NCBI GenBank assembly: GCA_963701995.1
Contig: OY969693.1
Location: 1,793,512 to 1,857,511, forward strand
Direction: 5' to 3'
DNA: 64,000 nucleotides
Source: Methanobacteriota archaeon
GTDB lineage: Archaea; Halobacteriota; Bog-38; Methanoflorentales; Methanoflorentaceae
The notes under the pieces were generated by a model. That model worked only from the letters and a program-made list of their open reading frames with translations. It searched no databases and was not told the origin of the DNA. Shown one piece after another: positions 19,108 to 29,266 of this stretch. Each line of letters begins with the position of its first letter. Positions within the stretch are counted from its first letter, which is position 1. The position numbers and the translations under genes are program-made.

Positions 19108-19948
19108 GCTTGTCGACGTCGATATCATCGATCGGCACACGTGCGAGGGGCTCGGCGTTCAAGGAACGGTATTCGTCGTCAAACGTCGGCTTGTCGGTCT
19201 CATACAGGACCCCGATAGGTATCTTGTCTCCGGCTTCCTGCGCTTTTGTCAGCGCGAGCTCGTAATCGGTGTAGTCATACTCGGTCTCCTCGAGCTTGTA
19301 CACGTGGTCGTTCCACCACTTCCAGGTGTTGACGTGGTTGAATGTGACGCACGGCTGTCCGATGTCAACGAGCGAGAATCCCTTGTGCTGGATCGCCTTA
19401 ACCATAAGCTCGCTGAGGTGCTTGTTCTCGCCGCTAAAGCCGCGTCCGACAAAGGTCGCCCCTGCGAGCAGCGTGAGTGGCAGTGGCGTGACAGGCGACG
19501 CGACGACGCCCTCAGGGGCCACCTTCCACTTGGTGCCCTTGAAGCTCGTCGGCGACGGCTGGCCGGTCGTGAGGCCGTAGACCTGGTTGTCGTGCACGAA
19601 CACCGTGATGTCGATGTTGCGCCGCGCCGCGTGCAACAGGTGGCCGAGCCCCTCGCCATACGTGTCACCGTCACCCGCGTGCACGATGACCGTAAGGTCG
19701 CCGTTCGCGAGTTTCACCCCCTGAGCCACCGGGATTGATCTGCCGTGCAGGCTGTGGAGCACGTACGTGTTAATCCAGTAGCTGAGGTTTCCGGAGCACC
19801 CGATGCCGCACACGATCGCCGTCGTATGGGGGGCGAGGTCCATGCTCGCGTACGCGGCTTTCATCGCGTTCCAGATCCCGAAGTTTCCGCACCCCGGACA
19901 CCAGGTGGGCCACGTGCCGGGCACGTCGTAGCGATGCACGTCTGCCAT
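19088..19948 (-). CDS. korB: 2-oxoacid:ferredoxin oxidoreductase beta subunit
   Basis: WCPGCGNFGI, GIGCS, LHGR, GDGD...DNQVYGLTTGQ (TPP motif); substrate not determined. Confidence 0.9.
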   Translation of the reverse strand: MADVHRYDVPGTWPTWCPGCGNFGIWNAMKAAYASMDLAPHTTAIVCGIGCSGNLSYWINTYVLHSLHGRSIPVAQGVKLANGDLTVIVHAGDGDTYGEGLGHLLHAARRNIDITVFVHDNQVYGLTTGQPSPTSFKGTKWKVAPEGVVASPVTPLPLTLLAGATFVGRGFSGENKHLSELMVKAIQHKGFSLVDIGQPCVTFNHVNTWKWWNDHVYKLEETEYDYTDYELALTKAQEAGDKIPIGVLYETDKPTFDDEYRSLNAEPLARVPIDDIDVDKLMARHL

Positions 19949-19949
19949 T

Positions 19950-21674
19950 TCAGAGCACCTCCTTGATGCGAGTGTAGAGTTCGTCCGCAAAGAACGCCCG
20001 TCCGTCGTACCGCAAGATGGTGTGATCAGGCCTGATCTGCGCGTGCTCTTTGAGGAGGCTGCCGAGCTGCGCTCCCCGGTTGTTTTCGATCAAGATAACG
20101 CGAGTCCCCTCAAGGCGCTCTTTCACCAGTTGCGAGGGGAAGGGGCTCATAAACACGACCTGGAGGAACCCGAGATCAACGCGGTCATTCGCTCGCAGAA
20201 GGTCCATCGCGTCGAGGATCGCTCCCTTCGTCGAGCCCCAGCCAACGAGCACCGTCTTCGTTCCGGGGTTGCCGTGGAACTTGATCCCGTGGACGAGTGT
20301 GGCGGCCGTGAAGTACTTCCGGCACCGTTTGTCGACGAGCGTTGCGACCACAGGGGCGTCTTCCGAGAAATAGCCACGCTCGTCGTGCTCATCACTGTTT
20401 GAGTTGAATATGCCACCCGGCAGTCCCGGAACGGTTCGCGTCGACACGCCGCTAGGTGTCGCCTCATAGCGCTTGAAATCGGGTGGTACCTCGCCTGCTG
20501 TGAGCAGCAAGCCGCGGTCAACGCGCAGCCCTTCGGTTGCGAACGGCTCTTCCGCGAAAAACGACGTCGCCAGGTGCTTGTCGGTGAGAACGAGCACGGG
20601 CGTTTGCAGCGTGTCAGCGAGATTGAACGCCCTGAACGTTTCGTAGAAACACTCTGCGGGGTCGCCCGGCGCGAGCACGACCCTGAAGAAGTCTCCCTGA
20701 GACGCGTGGAGGCAGAACCGCAGGTCGCCTTGGGCCGTTCGCGTCGCGAGCCCGGTGGAAGGGCCGGGGCGCTGACCTTCGACAACGACCAGCGGGTTCT
20801 CGGTCGCCCCCGCGAGGCCGAGCCCCTCAACCATGAGCGAAAAGCCACCCCCCGAGGTCGCCACCATCGAACGAGCGCCCGCAAAACTGGCCCCAACGGC
20901 GAGGTTGATCCCCGCGATTTCATCCTCCGGCTGTATCATCACCACGCCGTACTCGCGCGCTTGTGTGGCCATGTACGTCATAATGGTGTGCGTCGGCGTC
21001 ATCGGGTAGATGGCGATGAACTTCATCCCGGCTTTGAGGGCGCCCATGCAGATCGCGTCATTCCCGGTCAGAGTCATCCGTGGCGGCCCTCCGACTGGGG
21101 TCAGCCCGCCCTTATACGGCTCCGAGTACGTACGGGCGACGTAGTCGTATCCCGCCCGTGCCGCGCCCACGTTTTGTTCGACGATTTTTTCGCCTTTGCT
21201 TCCAAACGCGTCTTCGATGGCCGTGTTTAATAGGCTAAGCTCATAACCGATCAGGCCGACAGAGGCGCCCATCGCGGCCATGTTTATGGCCACCTTCGGA
21301 AGGTGCAGGTCCGCCATGAGCTGCGCGAGCGGCACGTCACACAGGGTAACGTCTTCGCGCGCTGGCGCAACGTCGGAATTTGCCGCGTCGTAAAGAAGCA
21401 AACCTCCCGGGACTAAATCGTCCAGATCCAGTGTGATCGTCTCGGCATTCAGCGCCACAAGGACGTCGACGGGCCGGGTAGGAGCCCGTATCTGCTGCGC
21501 GGCTATCCTGACCTGAAAGGTGTTATGGCCACCGCGGATTAGTGAAGGGTATTCGGTGTGTGCAACGACGTGGTAACCGCCTTTGATAAACGCTTTTGAG
21601 AAGATCTCCCCGACCGTCATGATGCCGTATCCGGCTTCGCCTCCAATCTTCCAATTCAGTTCACTATTGCTCAT
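19950..21674 (-). CDS. korA: 2-oxoacid:ferredoxin oxidoreductase alpha subunit (gamma-alpha fusion)
   Basis: IGGEAGYG, EYPSLIRGGH, YPMTP, EDEIA, TSGGGFSLM, QRPGPSTG. Confidence 0.9.
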   Translation of the reverse strand: MSNSELNWKIGGEAGYGIMTVGEIFSKAFIKGGYHVVAHTEYPSLIRGGHNTFQVRIAAQQIRAPTRPVDVLVALNAETITLDLDDLVPGGLLLYDAANSDVAPAREDVTLCDVPLAQLMADLHLPKVAINMAAMGASVGLIGYELSLLNTAIEDAFGSKGEKIVEQNVGAARAGYDYVARTYSEPYKGGLTPVGGPPRMTLTGNDAICMGALKAGMKFIAIYPMTPTHTIMTYMATQAREYGVVMIQPEDEIAGINLAVGASFAGARSMVATSGGGFSLMVEGLGLAGATENPLVVVEGQRPGPSTGLATRTAQGDLRFCLHASQGDFFRVVLAPGDPAECFYETFRAFNLADTLQTPVLVLTDKHLATSFFAEEPFATEGLRVDRGLLLTAGEVPPDFKRYEATPSGVSTRTVPGLPGGIFNSNSDEHDERGYFSEDAPVVATLVDKRCRKYFTAATLVHGIKFHGNPGTKTVLVGWGSTKGAILDAMDLLRANDRVDLGFLQVVFMSPFPSQLVKERLEGTRVILIENNRGAQLGSLLKEHAQIRPDHTILRYDGRAFFADELYTRIKEVL

Positions 21675-22042
21675 CACGCCTCCAATATCGCTCGCGCCCG
21701 CGCCGACGTCGTTCGTCAGCTGTTGAGTCGCCGTCCGGTCCAACACCGTGCCGAACGAGAGCACGACTCTATAAGACTCGTCGCGAGTGATATATCTTTA
21801 GCAGTTTTGATGGGGCGTAATTCCCGTGATAGGTGCGGAAAAGCCGACCAAACGCATGGTTCTGTTTGAGATTAACAAATGCGGATGTCTAGCGGGTGAA
21901 AAGAAGCTGTTCGGGGCTGGAAGAAGCGCGAACGAGGTCGTGCCCACCTATTTAAGCGAAATCTACACTCCGAAGGCAGTTCCGCAGGTTGCGTGGCGAG
22001 TTTGGAAAAGGTGGGATTGTCCTTTCGGCTGGGCGGATGCGC

Positions 22043-22489
22043 TTACTCCGACGATTGAACGGCACTGAGCTTCTCGATCAAGATCTTGTAGACGCCTCCG
22101 ACTCGGCCACTCGATATGGCTCGTGCGGTCTCCTCATACGACCCCTCCATCAAATTGATGTTCTTTTCAATCGTCTTGAGCGAGTCTCTGAGTTCCGCAG
22201 GATCTGTGACGCGGCTGATCCAGCCCTCAATGATGACCGACTTCCAGTCTCGGAAGCCCTTAATATCGTGAATTTCAAAGCAGGCCCGTTGGTTTGCTTC
22301 AAGATATTCGAGCGTCCGTCCGCGGGAGTGCTGATAGAGGAGAATTGCGGTGTCGGTATGCGTGTAGGCGATCGGAATGCTGTACGGCTGATTACTTTTG
22401 CATAGCGCTAAATTTCCGTACTTTTTCGTTTTGATAAACGTAACAGCTTCGTCGTTGGCAAGTTCTTGCATGCTAGTCACATAAAACAC
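22043..22489 (-). CDS. pyridoxamine 5'-phosphate oxidase-like (NimA-like) flavin-binding protein
   Basis: YGNLAL...QPYSIPIAY...N..ACFEI...WKSVIIEG. Confidence 0.8.
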   Translation of the reverse strand: MFYVTSMQELANDEAVTFIKTKKYGNLALCKSNQPYSIPIAYTHTDTAILLYQHSRGRTLEYLEANQRACFEIHDIKGFRDWKSVIIEGWISRVTDPAELRDSLKTIEKNINLMEGSYEETARAISSGRVGGVYKILIEKLSAVQSSE

Positions 22490-22680
22490 GATCAGTAAAA
22501 AATGTATTTATAGGTAGAAGTGAAACCACCTGACTGTCGATGGCCTTAGCAACCTATAGTTTTTGTTCCGCCGGCGGATCTTTTCTATTTTTCAAAGCCG
22601 GACTTTTCTGTGGGGGTCTTCTCGGAAGCGGCTCAATCTGGCGGCAAGAAGCCGAAAAAGCCCCTGACACAACTCTAATG

Positions 22681-22690
22681 TTTATATAAT
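22681..22690 (+). promoter_or_regulatory. TATA box upstream of the aIF1 gene
   Basis: TTTATATAAT about 55-60 nt before the ATG; GGAGGT SD-like motif follows. Confidence 0.55.
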
Positions 22691-22743
22691 CTGAGGCGAC
22701 ATAACTAGATACATAGCGAGAAATCGGAGGTTTCGAAAAAGGC

Positions 22744-23052
22744 ATGAGCTCTGGAATGTGTACCGTTTGCGGACTCCCTAGCGAGTTATGCATTTGTGAA
22801 GAAGTAGCCAAGGAACAGCAGCGAATAACGGTGAAGGTAAATAAAAGGCGCTACGGAAAGGAGGTCACCGTAATAGAGGGAATGGACCCTCACGAAATCG
22901 ACCTCGCAGAGCTTACGAGCTACCTCAAGGCACGACTTGCATGCGGAGGAACTGTGAAAGACGGTCTCATTGAATTGCAAGGGAATCACAAGGACAGAGT
23001 CAAAGACATCCTTGCGGGAAAAGGATTCTCTGCCGCGCAGATCAAAGCTTAG
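22744..23052 (+). CDS. translation initiation factor aIF1 / SUI1 homolog
   Basis: [45 protein letters not shown]. Confidence 0.95.
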   Translation: MSSGMCTVCGLPSELCICEEVAKEQQRITVKVNKRRYGKEVTVIEGMDPHEIDLAELTSYLKARLACGGTVKDGLIELQGNHKDRVKDILAGKGFSAAQIKA

Positions 23053-23519
23053 ATTCGGCTGCGTTCGATTAAGCACTGGTACGGAACCCGGTTTTATGTA
23101 AGCGAAAAATGGCGGCTTACGCCCATTCTCTCGTAACGATTTGTTGGTAAAGGCTGGTTTTACAGATGCCTATCGATGCTCCGCGTCGGGGGCATCTCTT
23201 TGCTGCTTATGCGGCCTCGCTGTTTTGTGCCAAAGTTAACTCGGCCGAGACGTCGGTCACAAACTCGAACCATAGTTGCCTTTTTAAGACAGAGGTGTCG
23301 TCGGGCACCATGACACATCGGTTAGGCATGCTGGGACCGCGCTGTTTTTCGAAGCTTATTGGGTGGCAAGAGAGCGATCTCATCGTTCTTCGTAAAATGC
23401 CGCACTTGTTTCCAGCATAGCTAAATATTTTTAGTATGGCTCAACTCTGTATTCCATATGAAGTCGGGCCGTGAAGCCGCCTTGGCGATGTCTCGGCGCT
23501 TACCAACAGGAGAAGGACT

Positions 23520-24575
23520 TTGAACGTAGACTATCGCGACCACCAAACGGCACTCAGGCTGTCCGAAAAAATAGGCCAGCTCGTGCGCAAACACGGTGAA
23601 GAGATCAAAATAATGCACGTCTGCGGGACCCACGAGGCATCGATAACTCGTTTTGGCGTGAGATCCCTTTTGCCTGAAAACTTGCGCGTGGTAATGGGTC
23701 CCGGCTGCCCGGTGTGCATCACCCCCCAAGGCGAAATCGATGCGGCCATAAAGATGGCAAAGGATGGCATTACGGTTGCCACCTACGGAGATCTGATGCG
23801 CGTGCCCGGGACCGATGGGTCTCTTGCCGACTCAGGAGGGGACGTGCACATCGTCGGCAGCATCACGCACGCTGTGGAGCTCGCAAAGAAGACCGACGAT
23901 GAAGTGGTGTTTATCGCCGTGGGGTTCGAAACGACGGCGCCAACGACGTCGGTAGCGCTATTGCAGACGCTACCTCGTAATTTCTCGATACTGTGCTCCC
24001 ATCGACTCATTCCTCCGGCGCTACGGTGGCTTTTGGAGCAAGTAAGCGAGTCCGGGGCACAAATCGACGGCTTTTTGCTGCCGGGACACGTCTGCACTAT
24101 TATTGGCTTGCGGCCGTTCGAAGAATTTCCGGTCCCACAGGTAGTCGCAGGATTTGAGCCCAATGACGTGCTCTACGGGTTGTATCTTATCGCTAAGCAA
24201 ATTGTGAATGGCGAGCACAAGGTGGAAAATGCTTATCCGCGCGTCGTGCACTACGAAGGAAACGTCAAAGCGCAAGAACTTATGCAACGGACATTCGACG
24301 TCGTTAACGTTGAATGGCGCGGTTTTCCCATCATCAGTCAGTCAGGCTACGCGATAAAGCGTGAGTTTGAGTCCTATGATGCTCGGCTTAGGCACAATCT
24401 CGATTTCACGAGCAAAGAAGTCAAAACCGGGTGCATGTGCAACCTCGTCTTGCAGGGGCTCAGAGTGCCGACCGACTGCAAACTCTTCGCAAAGGTCTGC
24501 GTGCCGCACAAAGCGGTGGGACCGTGCATGGTTTCCGGTGAGGGTGCGTGTAACGTGTGGTACAAGAATCGCTGA
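23520..24575 (+). CDS. hypD: hydrogenase maturation protein HypD
   Basis: MHVCGTHE, GPGCPVC, GFETTAP, PGHV, GPCMVSGEGAC; TTG start with SD-like motif. Confidence 0.95.
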   Translation: MNVDYRDHQTALRLSEKIGQLVRKHGEEIKIMHVCGTHEASITRFGVRSLLPENLRVVMGPGCPVCITPQGEIDAAIKMAKDGITVATYGDLMRVPGTDGSLADSGGDVHIVGSITHAVELAKKTDDEVVFIAVGFETTAPTTSVALLQTLPRNFSILCSHRLIPPALRWLLEQVSESGAQIDGFLLPGHVCTIIGLRPFEEFPVPQVVAGFEPNDVLYGLYLIAKQIVNGEHKVENAYPRVVHYEGNVKAQELMQRTFDVVNVEWRGFPIISQSGYAIKREFESYDARLRHNLDFTSKEVKTGCMCNLVLQGLRVPTDCKLFAKVCVPHKAVGPCMVSGEGACNVWYKNR

Positions 24576-24710
24576 GGGCTGTCCCGCAATACCCTTAAAT
24601 AGGCACGGGTGCTCCAACAACCGTATTGCGCAAAGACCATCGCGTCACCTGCACCTAGCGCTACTCTTACGCCCCCGCGTTGGATCAAACGAAGCGTCTC
24701 AACTCACATT

Positions 24711-24772
24711 GCTGGCGTGATGAGAGCGGCCTTCGTGTTGAGCGCCACCTGGTTTGCATAGGCGCTGATAGC
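24711..24772 (+). ncRNA. candidate C/D-box guide sRNA
   Basis: GTGATGA (24717-23), TTGA (24738-41), CTGA (24765-68), short terminal stem; intergenic; no clear C' box. Confidence 0.35.
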
Positions 24773-24788
24773 TGCTGCAAGGAGTTTC

Positions 24789-25592
24789 ATGTCGCAGGAA
24801 AAAACAATTCTGATAACGAACGACGATGGCATACGGTCCTTGGGGCTCGTCGCAGCAGCAAACGCGCTAAGCGATCTTGGCAGGCTCATCATCGTCGCGC
24901 CTTCGGTCCAAAAAAGCGGCGTGGGAAGGTCACTCTCGCTTTTTGAGCCAATTCGGGTATCCAGCGCGAAAGTTGAGGGACACGAGGCATATGCGGTCGC
25001 CGGAACCCCTACGGACGCAGTGCTCATTGCTGAATACGCGATCTTGAAACGAAAACCAGATTTGTTGGTGGCAGGCATCAACGTCGGCGAGAACCTCAGC
25101 ACAGAGTCCGTCATGACCTCGGGCACCTTAGGCGCCGCGTTAACTGGCGCAAGTCAGGACATTCCCGCGATTGCCATCTCACTGCAGGCGCATCGGGCAC
25201 ACGTCTTTGAGGCACGATCCGAAGTAGATTTTAGCTTGGCAGCGGACGCTGGCAGAACATTAGCCGCGCACACCCTTGCACGCGGGCTGCCGGCGAAGGT
25301 AGATGTATTGAACGTTAACGTTCCGATGCGCGCTACCGTCGCGCGATATAAAACAACACGGCTCCAGCGAAACGTTTTTGACATTAGGATCATAGAACGC
25401 TTGGATCCGCGCGGAAACGCGTACTTTTGGATCGGAAGCGACTTTAAGAATAGTCAGAAGCCCGATACTGATGTCTACGCCCTGAACAACGGGTTTGTCT
25501 CTGTTACTCCCCTCACGCTGGACAACACCGCGGCTACGGACAAACGCTCGCTTCAAGAGTGGCTCAAGGCGGTTGACGACGGGCCGCGCTAA
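24789..25592 (+). CDS. surE: 5'/3'-nucleotidase SurE
   Basis: ILITNDDG, GTPTD, GINVGEN, SGTLGAA, VSVTPL. Confidence 0.95.
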   Translation: MSQEKTILITNDDGIRSLGLVAAANALSDLGRLIIVAPSVQKSGVGRSLSLFEPIRVSSAKVEGHEAYAVAGTPTDAVLIAEYAILKRKPDLLVAGINVGENLSTESVMTSGTLGAALTGASQDIPAIAISLQAHRAHVFEARSEVDFSLAADAGRTLAAHTLARGLPAKVDVLNVNVPMRATVARYKTTRLQRNVFDIRIIERLDPRGNAYFWIGSDFKNSQKPDTDVYALNNGFVSVTPLTLDNTAATDKRSLQEWLKAVDDGPR

Positions 25593-28171
25593 GCGACCTG
25601 AGCGGTCAGTTCAATGAGCTTGAACCCGCCCACTTCGAGTCCGACGGTGAAGCCACGGATGTTGCTGCTTTCGCGCACTCCTTGATCGTACCAGTCGTCG
25701 ATCTCGCTGTGAAACACCCGTATCCGATACCGGCCGGGCGTCATGTAGGTTTCGACGATCTCACTCACACTGAAGGTGAACGACGTCGAACTCGCCGCCA
25801 TGTTGCCGACACAGATAACGACGTGAGACGGCGACGCCAGCGCTACGAGGTGAATCTCTTCGAGCCGTTCGTGAATCATGGCCGTAATGTCGTCATCGAG
25901 TTCGATGCGGGCGTTTTTCAAACTCGTCCCGAACGGATAGTTTGCGAAAATATTGAGGCTCCCTTTCACCCAGCACGCAAAATAGGTCACCGCGCTGTCG
26001 TGATACGGCATGTTTGAGAGGCTTACCCATTTCCATCTAAGAGGAATGTTGGGGTTGATGTGCAACCCGCGGTAGAGGCCAACGCCACATACACCTTCCA
26101 CGGCGGTCCACAAGTATTTCGGCGGGAACCACGGTGAAAGCTTCATGCCGTTATTGACGAGGGATTCCCCGTGATACCACTCGGAGAACTGTCCGGGGAC
26201 GGTGTTCTGGTTTGTTGGGTCGAGCTCGTACTGGCGAAACGTGCCTCGCATGATGTTTACCATCACATCTGGCTGATGCGTCGAGCACGAATAGGCAAAC
26301 ATGAAGGCAACGTCAGGCCACACCCCGCCCGTCAAGCCCCATCCTCGTTCGGGATGATAGTTGAGAGCCGTCCGCGGCACGGTCCGCAAGCCTGCGGTCG
26401 TCAAGAAGTCGGGGCGGTTGAGCCGGTCGATGATGAGGTGCGATGTCGCGGGAGTGGCTACGTTGAAAATCACCGGAAATATCAGATCGCACGTGACGTC
26501 CGGGTGTTCATTGCCGGAAATGTCGATGTTTAAGTAGTAAAAACCGCTCTTGAGGTCGATTAAGTGCGTGTTGATCGCGCTCTTGAGCTTCCTGGCTTCT
26601 GTCCGAAAATAGGCCGCTCGATCGTCGTGTCCCATAAAATCGGCCAACAGCGCAGTCGCTCGCAGCGCCGCGAAGCATTCCGCATTAACCTCGGTAACCG
26701 CGCCGTTTATGGCGTAGTTCGGGATTATGTTCCGCCAGCCGCAGATGCCATAGACACCCACGCCGTTTGATCTGCAATATACGAGGCCGCGCTCGTCCTT
26801 CTGAGAAATAATGTAATCAGCGGCTTTTTCTACGGAAGGATACATCTCGTCGAGAAATGAACGGTCATCGGTGATCTGGAACGTGTGCTCGACGGCGAGG
26901 ATGTAGAGCGGCGTATCGTCGTTAATGTTGAGCTGGTAGTCATCAACTTCTCCGGTCACACCGTTATAGTATTCGGGGATGAGCCCATCGGCCGATTGCA
27001 GCCGCTTGAAGACGCTCAGAGCCTGCTTGGAAAACTCCGGAGCTACGTAATCGCACCCAAACGCGAACCACGCGGTGTCTCGGGCGACGATATTGCTTGA
27101 GAGGCTTGGATCATTCGTGAATCCCCAACCTTGCGGATACAGGGCTTTCACGCGAGCCATATTAGCCTTGGCCCACTGCACCCCTCTGTTGATGACCTGG
27201 TCCGGCGTCGTGACAACAGAATAGCTGGATTCATTCACGAAATGGCGTATTGTCTGTTCGTATACCTTTTCGTAGTCTTCAAGCAGCTCAAATTTGCTAA
27301 TGGCGTCTGCATCGCCGGCCATCGAGAAGCCGATCACAAAAGTGAACTCTTCCTCTTCGTCGGGTGACAGGTCAATGTCTACTTGGATCCTGCCTATGAT
27401 TGCGCGCTCGTCCGTGCTGCTTTTTGGTGAATTCAGCTCCGCAGATTCGTTTGCTAGCGGAACGTATTGTACGGAACAGCGCTCTGCCGAGAAACTGCCA
27501 CCAACATACTGCTCGCACGAGGGGCGCAGACTGGGGGTGATGTTGAAATTGTCGGTGACCGCTGAAATGTCGGTTGTGTACGAGCAGATTGGATTCTTCG
27601 CCGTCGTGCCAAAGAATCTCGTCCAGCGCTCATTACTTTGATTGCTCGCTATGATGGCTGCGTTTTTGTAGCTGTAACGGACCTCCACATCGGGAGCGGT
27701 TGCGAGGAACCTGGGGCGCAGGTCCGAGTAGGCTACTACAGAGATCCGCTGGACGTCTGCGGTCTTGTTCGTAATCTTTAGTCCTAAATAAGCGGCCGCA
27801 CACTCGTCAAGCTTGTCTTGCGGCGCATTTGGCACATAAAAGATCTCTGAAACGCGGAGTCCGTGGGCAAGTTTGAACTTGCGTTTTTGATAGGCCGGAT
27901 GAATTGTAAAATCTCCTGTGCCCGTCTGTTCAAGCAACACGCCGGATTCCGCGTCGTAGTAGCGGACGAGCGTTGAGCCAATGACGTTCCTCCCCAGGTC
28001 TAGTGAAAACAAGCTTTCGATTGCTCCCGTCGCCTTTGAATTCGCGAAGCATTTCTTGTTTCCGTAGCTGCTTCCGGTCACCAGTTTGTCATCTGGAAGC
28101 ACGTAGGCCCATAGATCGTTTATCCGTTCGATCTGCACGATGTTCGCTGCTTCTGCTTCACTTTGTCTCAT
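25589..28171 (-). CDS. six-hairpin glycoside hydrolase (amylo-alpha-1,6-glucosidase / glycogen debranching-like)
   Basis: ARDTAW, DDTPLYIL, AGLRT...YH...GGVWP, FSEWYHG are (alpha/alpha)6 glycosidase-like motifs; exact GH family uncertain. Confidence 0.7.
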   Translation of the reverse strand: MRQSEAEAANIVQIERINDLWAYVLPDDKLVTGSSYGNKKCFANSKATGAIESLFSLDLGRNVIGSTLVRYYDAESGVLLEQTGTGDFTIHPAYQKRKFKLAHGLRVSEIFYVPNAPQDKLDECAAAYLGLKITNKTADVQRISVVAYSDLRPRFLATAPDVEVRYSYKNAAIIASNQSNERWTRFFGTTAKNPICSYTTDISAVTDNFNITPSLRPSCEQYVGGSFSAERCSVQYVPLANESAELNSPKSSTDERAIIGRIQVDIDLSPDEEEEFTFVIGFSMAGDADAISKFELLEDYEKVYEQTIRHFVNESSYSVVTTPDQVINRGVQWAKANMARVKALYPQGWGFTNDPSLSSNIVARDTAWFAFGCDYVAPEFSKQALSVFKRLQSADGLIPEYYNGVTGEVDDYQLNINDDTPLYILAVEHTFQITDDRSFLDEMYPSVEKAADYIISQKDERGLVYCRSNGVGVYGICGWRNIIPNYAINGAVTEVNAECFAALRATALLADFMGHDDRAAYFRTEARKLKSAINTHLIDLKSGFYYLNIDISGNEHPDVTCDLIFPVIFNVATPATSHLIIDRLNRPDFLTTAGLRTVPRTALNYHPERGWGLTGGVWPDVAFMFAYSCSTHQPDVMVNIMRGTFRQYELDPTNQNTVPGQFSEWYHGESLVNNGMKLSPWFPPKYLWTAVEGVCGVGLYRGLHINPNIPLRWKWVSLSNMPYHDSAVTYFACWVKGSLNIFANYPFGTSLKNARIELDDDITAMIHERLEEIHLVALASPSHVVICVGNMAASSTSFTFSVSEIVETYMTPGRYRIRVFHSEIDDWYDQGVRESSNIRGFTVGLEVGGFKLIELTAQVA

Positions 28172-28291
28172 TGAAACAGATATTAATAGCAGTGCTGCTA
28201 GTTTAATGTTTTTGTAAACGAAATGAACTGCGGAACTCTTGCGGACGGGCAACGATTGCTGGCTGTCGTTTCACCGAATAACATAAAATAG

Positions 28292-28299
28292 TTATATAA
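28292..28299 (+). promoter_or_regulatory. TATA box upstream of the aminopeptidase gene
   Basis: AAAATAG-TTATATAA, BRE/TATA-like. Confidence 0.5.
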
Positions 28300-28366
28300 G
28301 GGTAGAGCACTCAAGGACTTCGAAGGAAGTGAGCCCATCAGCGGATACAAAAGCTCGTGGACCATT

Positions 28367-29266
28367 TTGCATACGTACCTCGGCTTAAAACAAACAGAGA
28401 CTGTGCTTATAGTCACCGACACGCTGAGGCTTAGAATTGCCAAATCGTTGTATGATACAGCGCGTGAAATGGACTGCGACGCTATAATGATGACGATGCC
28501 GCCTCGCTCCCGTCACGGAGAAGAGCCCCCCCGAGCAGTGGCAGAAGCGATGCGAAGCGTTGACGTTGTCATCGCCCCGACGACGATGTCATTGACGCAC
28601 ACGAGCGCGCGAAAGCAGGCAAACGATGCCGGTGTGCGAACTGCGAGCATGCCTGGCGTCACTGAGCAAATGATGATTGAAGGCGGTTTGACCGCGAATC
28701 CCCGAGAGGTGATGGAACACACCCGCCGCCTCGCCGAAACATTCAAGGGCGCGTCGGAGATCCGACTTACGTCAGAGCTCGGAACTGACATCTCGTTTGA
28801 AGTCGATACGTCGAAATGGAACCTCGATGTGGGGTGCTGTCGACAGAAAGGTTGCAGCACAAATCTGCCCGCAGGGGAGGTCTATACGGCTCCTGAAAAC
28901 TGCAAAGGCACCGTCGTGATCGATGGCTCCATGGCCGGGCTCGAACTTTTGAAAAATCCGCTAAAGATTCGAGTCGAAGAAGGAGTCGCCGTCGACGTCC
29001 AAGGCGACCGTGCGAAGGAAGTGCTCAAGATCATTAACCCACTCGGAGACGAAGCACGAAATATCGCAGAACTCGGAATCGGAACAAATCCGCGCGCGCG
29101 CATAATCGGCGTTGTTTTGGAAGATGAGAAGGTGCGAGGCACCGCGCACATCGCGTTGGGCGACAACAGCACGATTGGAGGAAACGTCGTTGCCGGCGTG
29201 CACCTCGATGCGATAATTCGCAAACCGCGAGTTTTTGCCGACGGGCACGAGATTGACCTGGTGTAA
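28367..29266 (+). CDS. aminopeptidase (M29 / thermophilic metalloprotease family); true start possibly ATC at 28337
   Basis: HGEEPP, SLTHT, NLPAGE, IAELGIGTNP, LEDEK..GTAHIALGDN, HLD. Confidence 0.85.
   Translation: MHTYLGLKQTETVLIVTDTLRLRIAKSLYDTAREMDCDAIMMTMPPRSRHGEEPPRAVAEAMRSVDVVIAPTTMSLTHTSARKQANDAGVRTASMPGVTEQMMIEGGLTANPREVMEHTRRLAETFKGASEIRLTSELGTDISFEVDTSKWNLDVGCCRQKGCSTNLPAGEVYTAPENCKGTVVIDGSMAGLELLKNPLKIRVEEGVAVDVQGDRAKEVLKIINPLGDEARNIAELGIGTNPRARIIGVVLEDEKVRGTAHIALGDNSTIGGNVVAGVHLDAIIRKPRVFADGHEIDLV

Noticed and set aside
23208..23400. tmRNA-like tag ending ...NSEAA*
   Set aside because: Archaea lack tmRNA and no tRNA-like domain is visible; the resemblance is likely chance.
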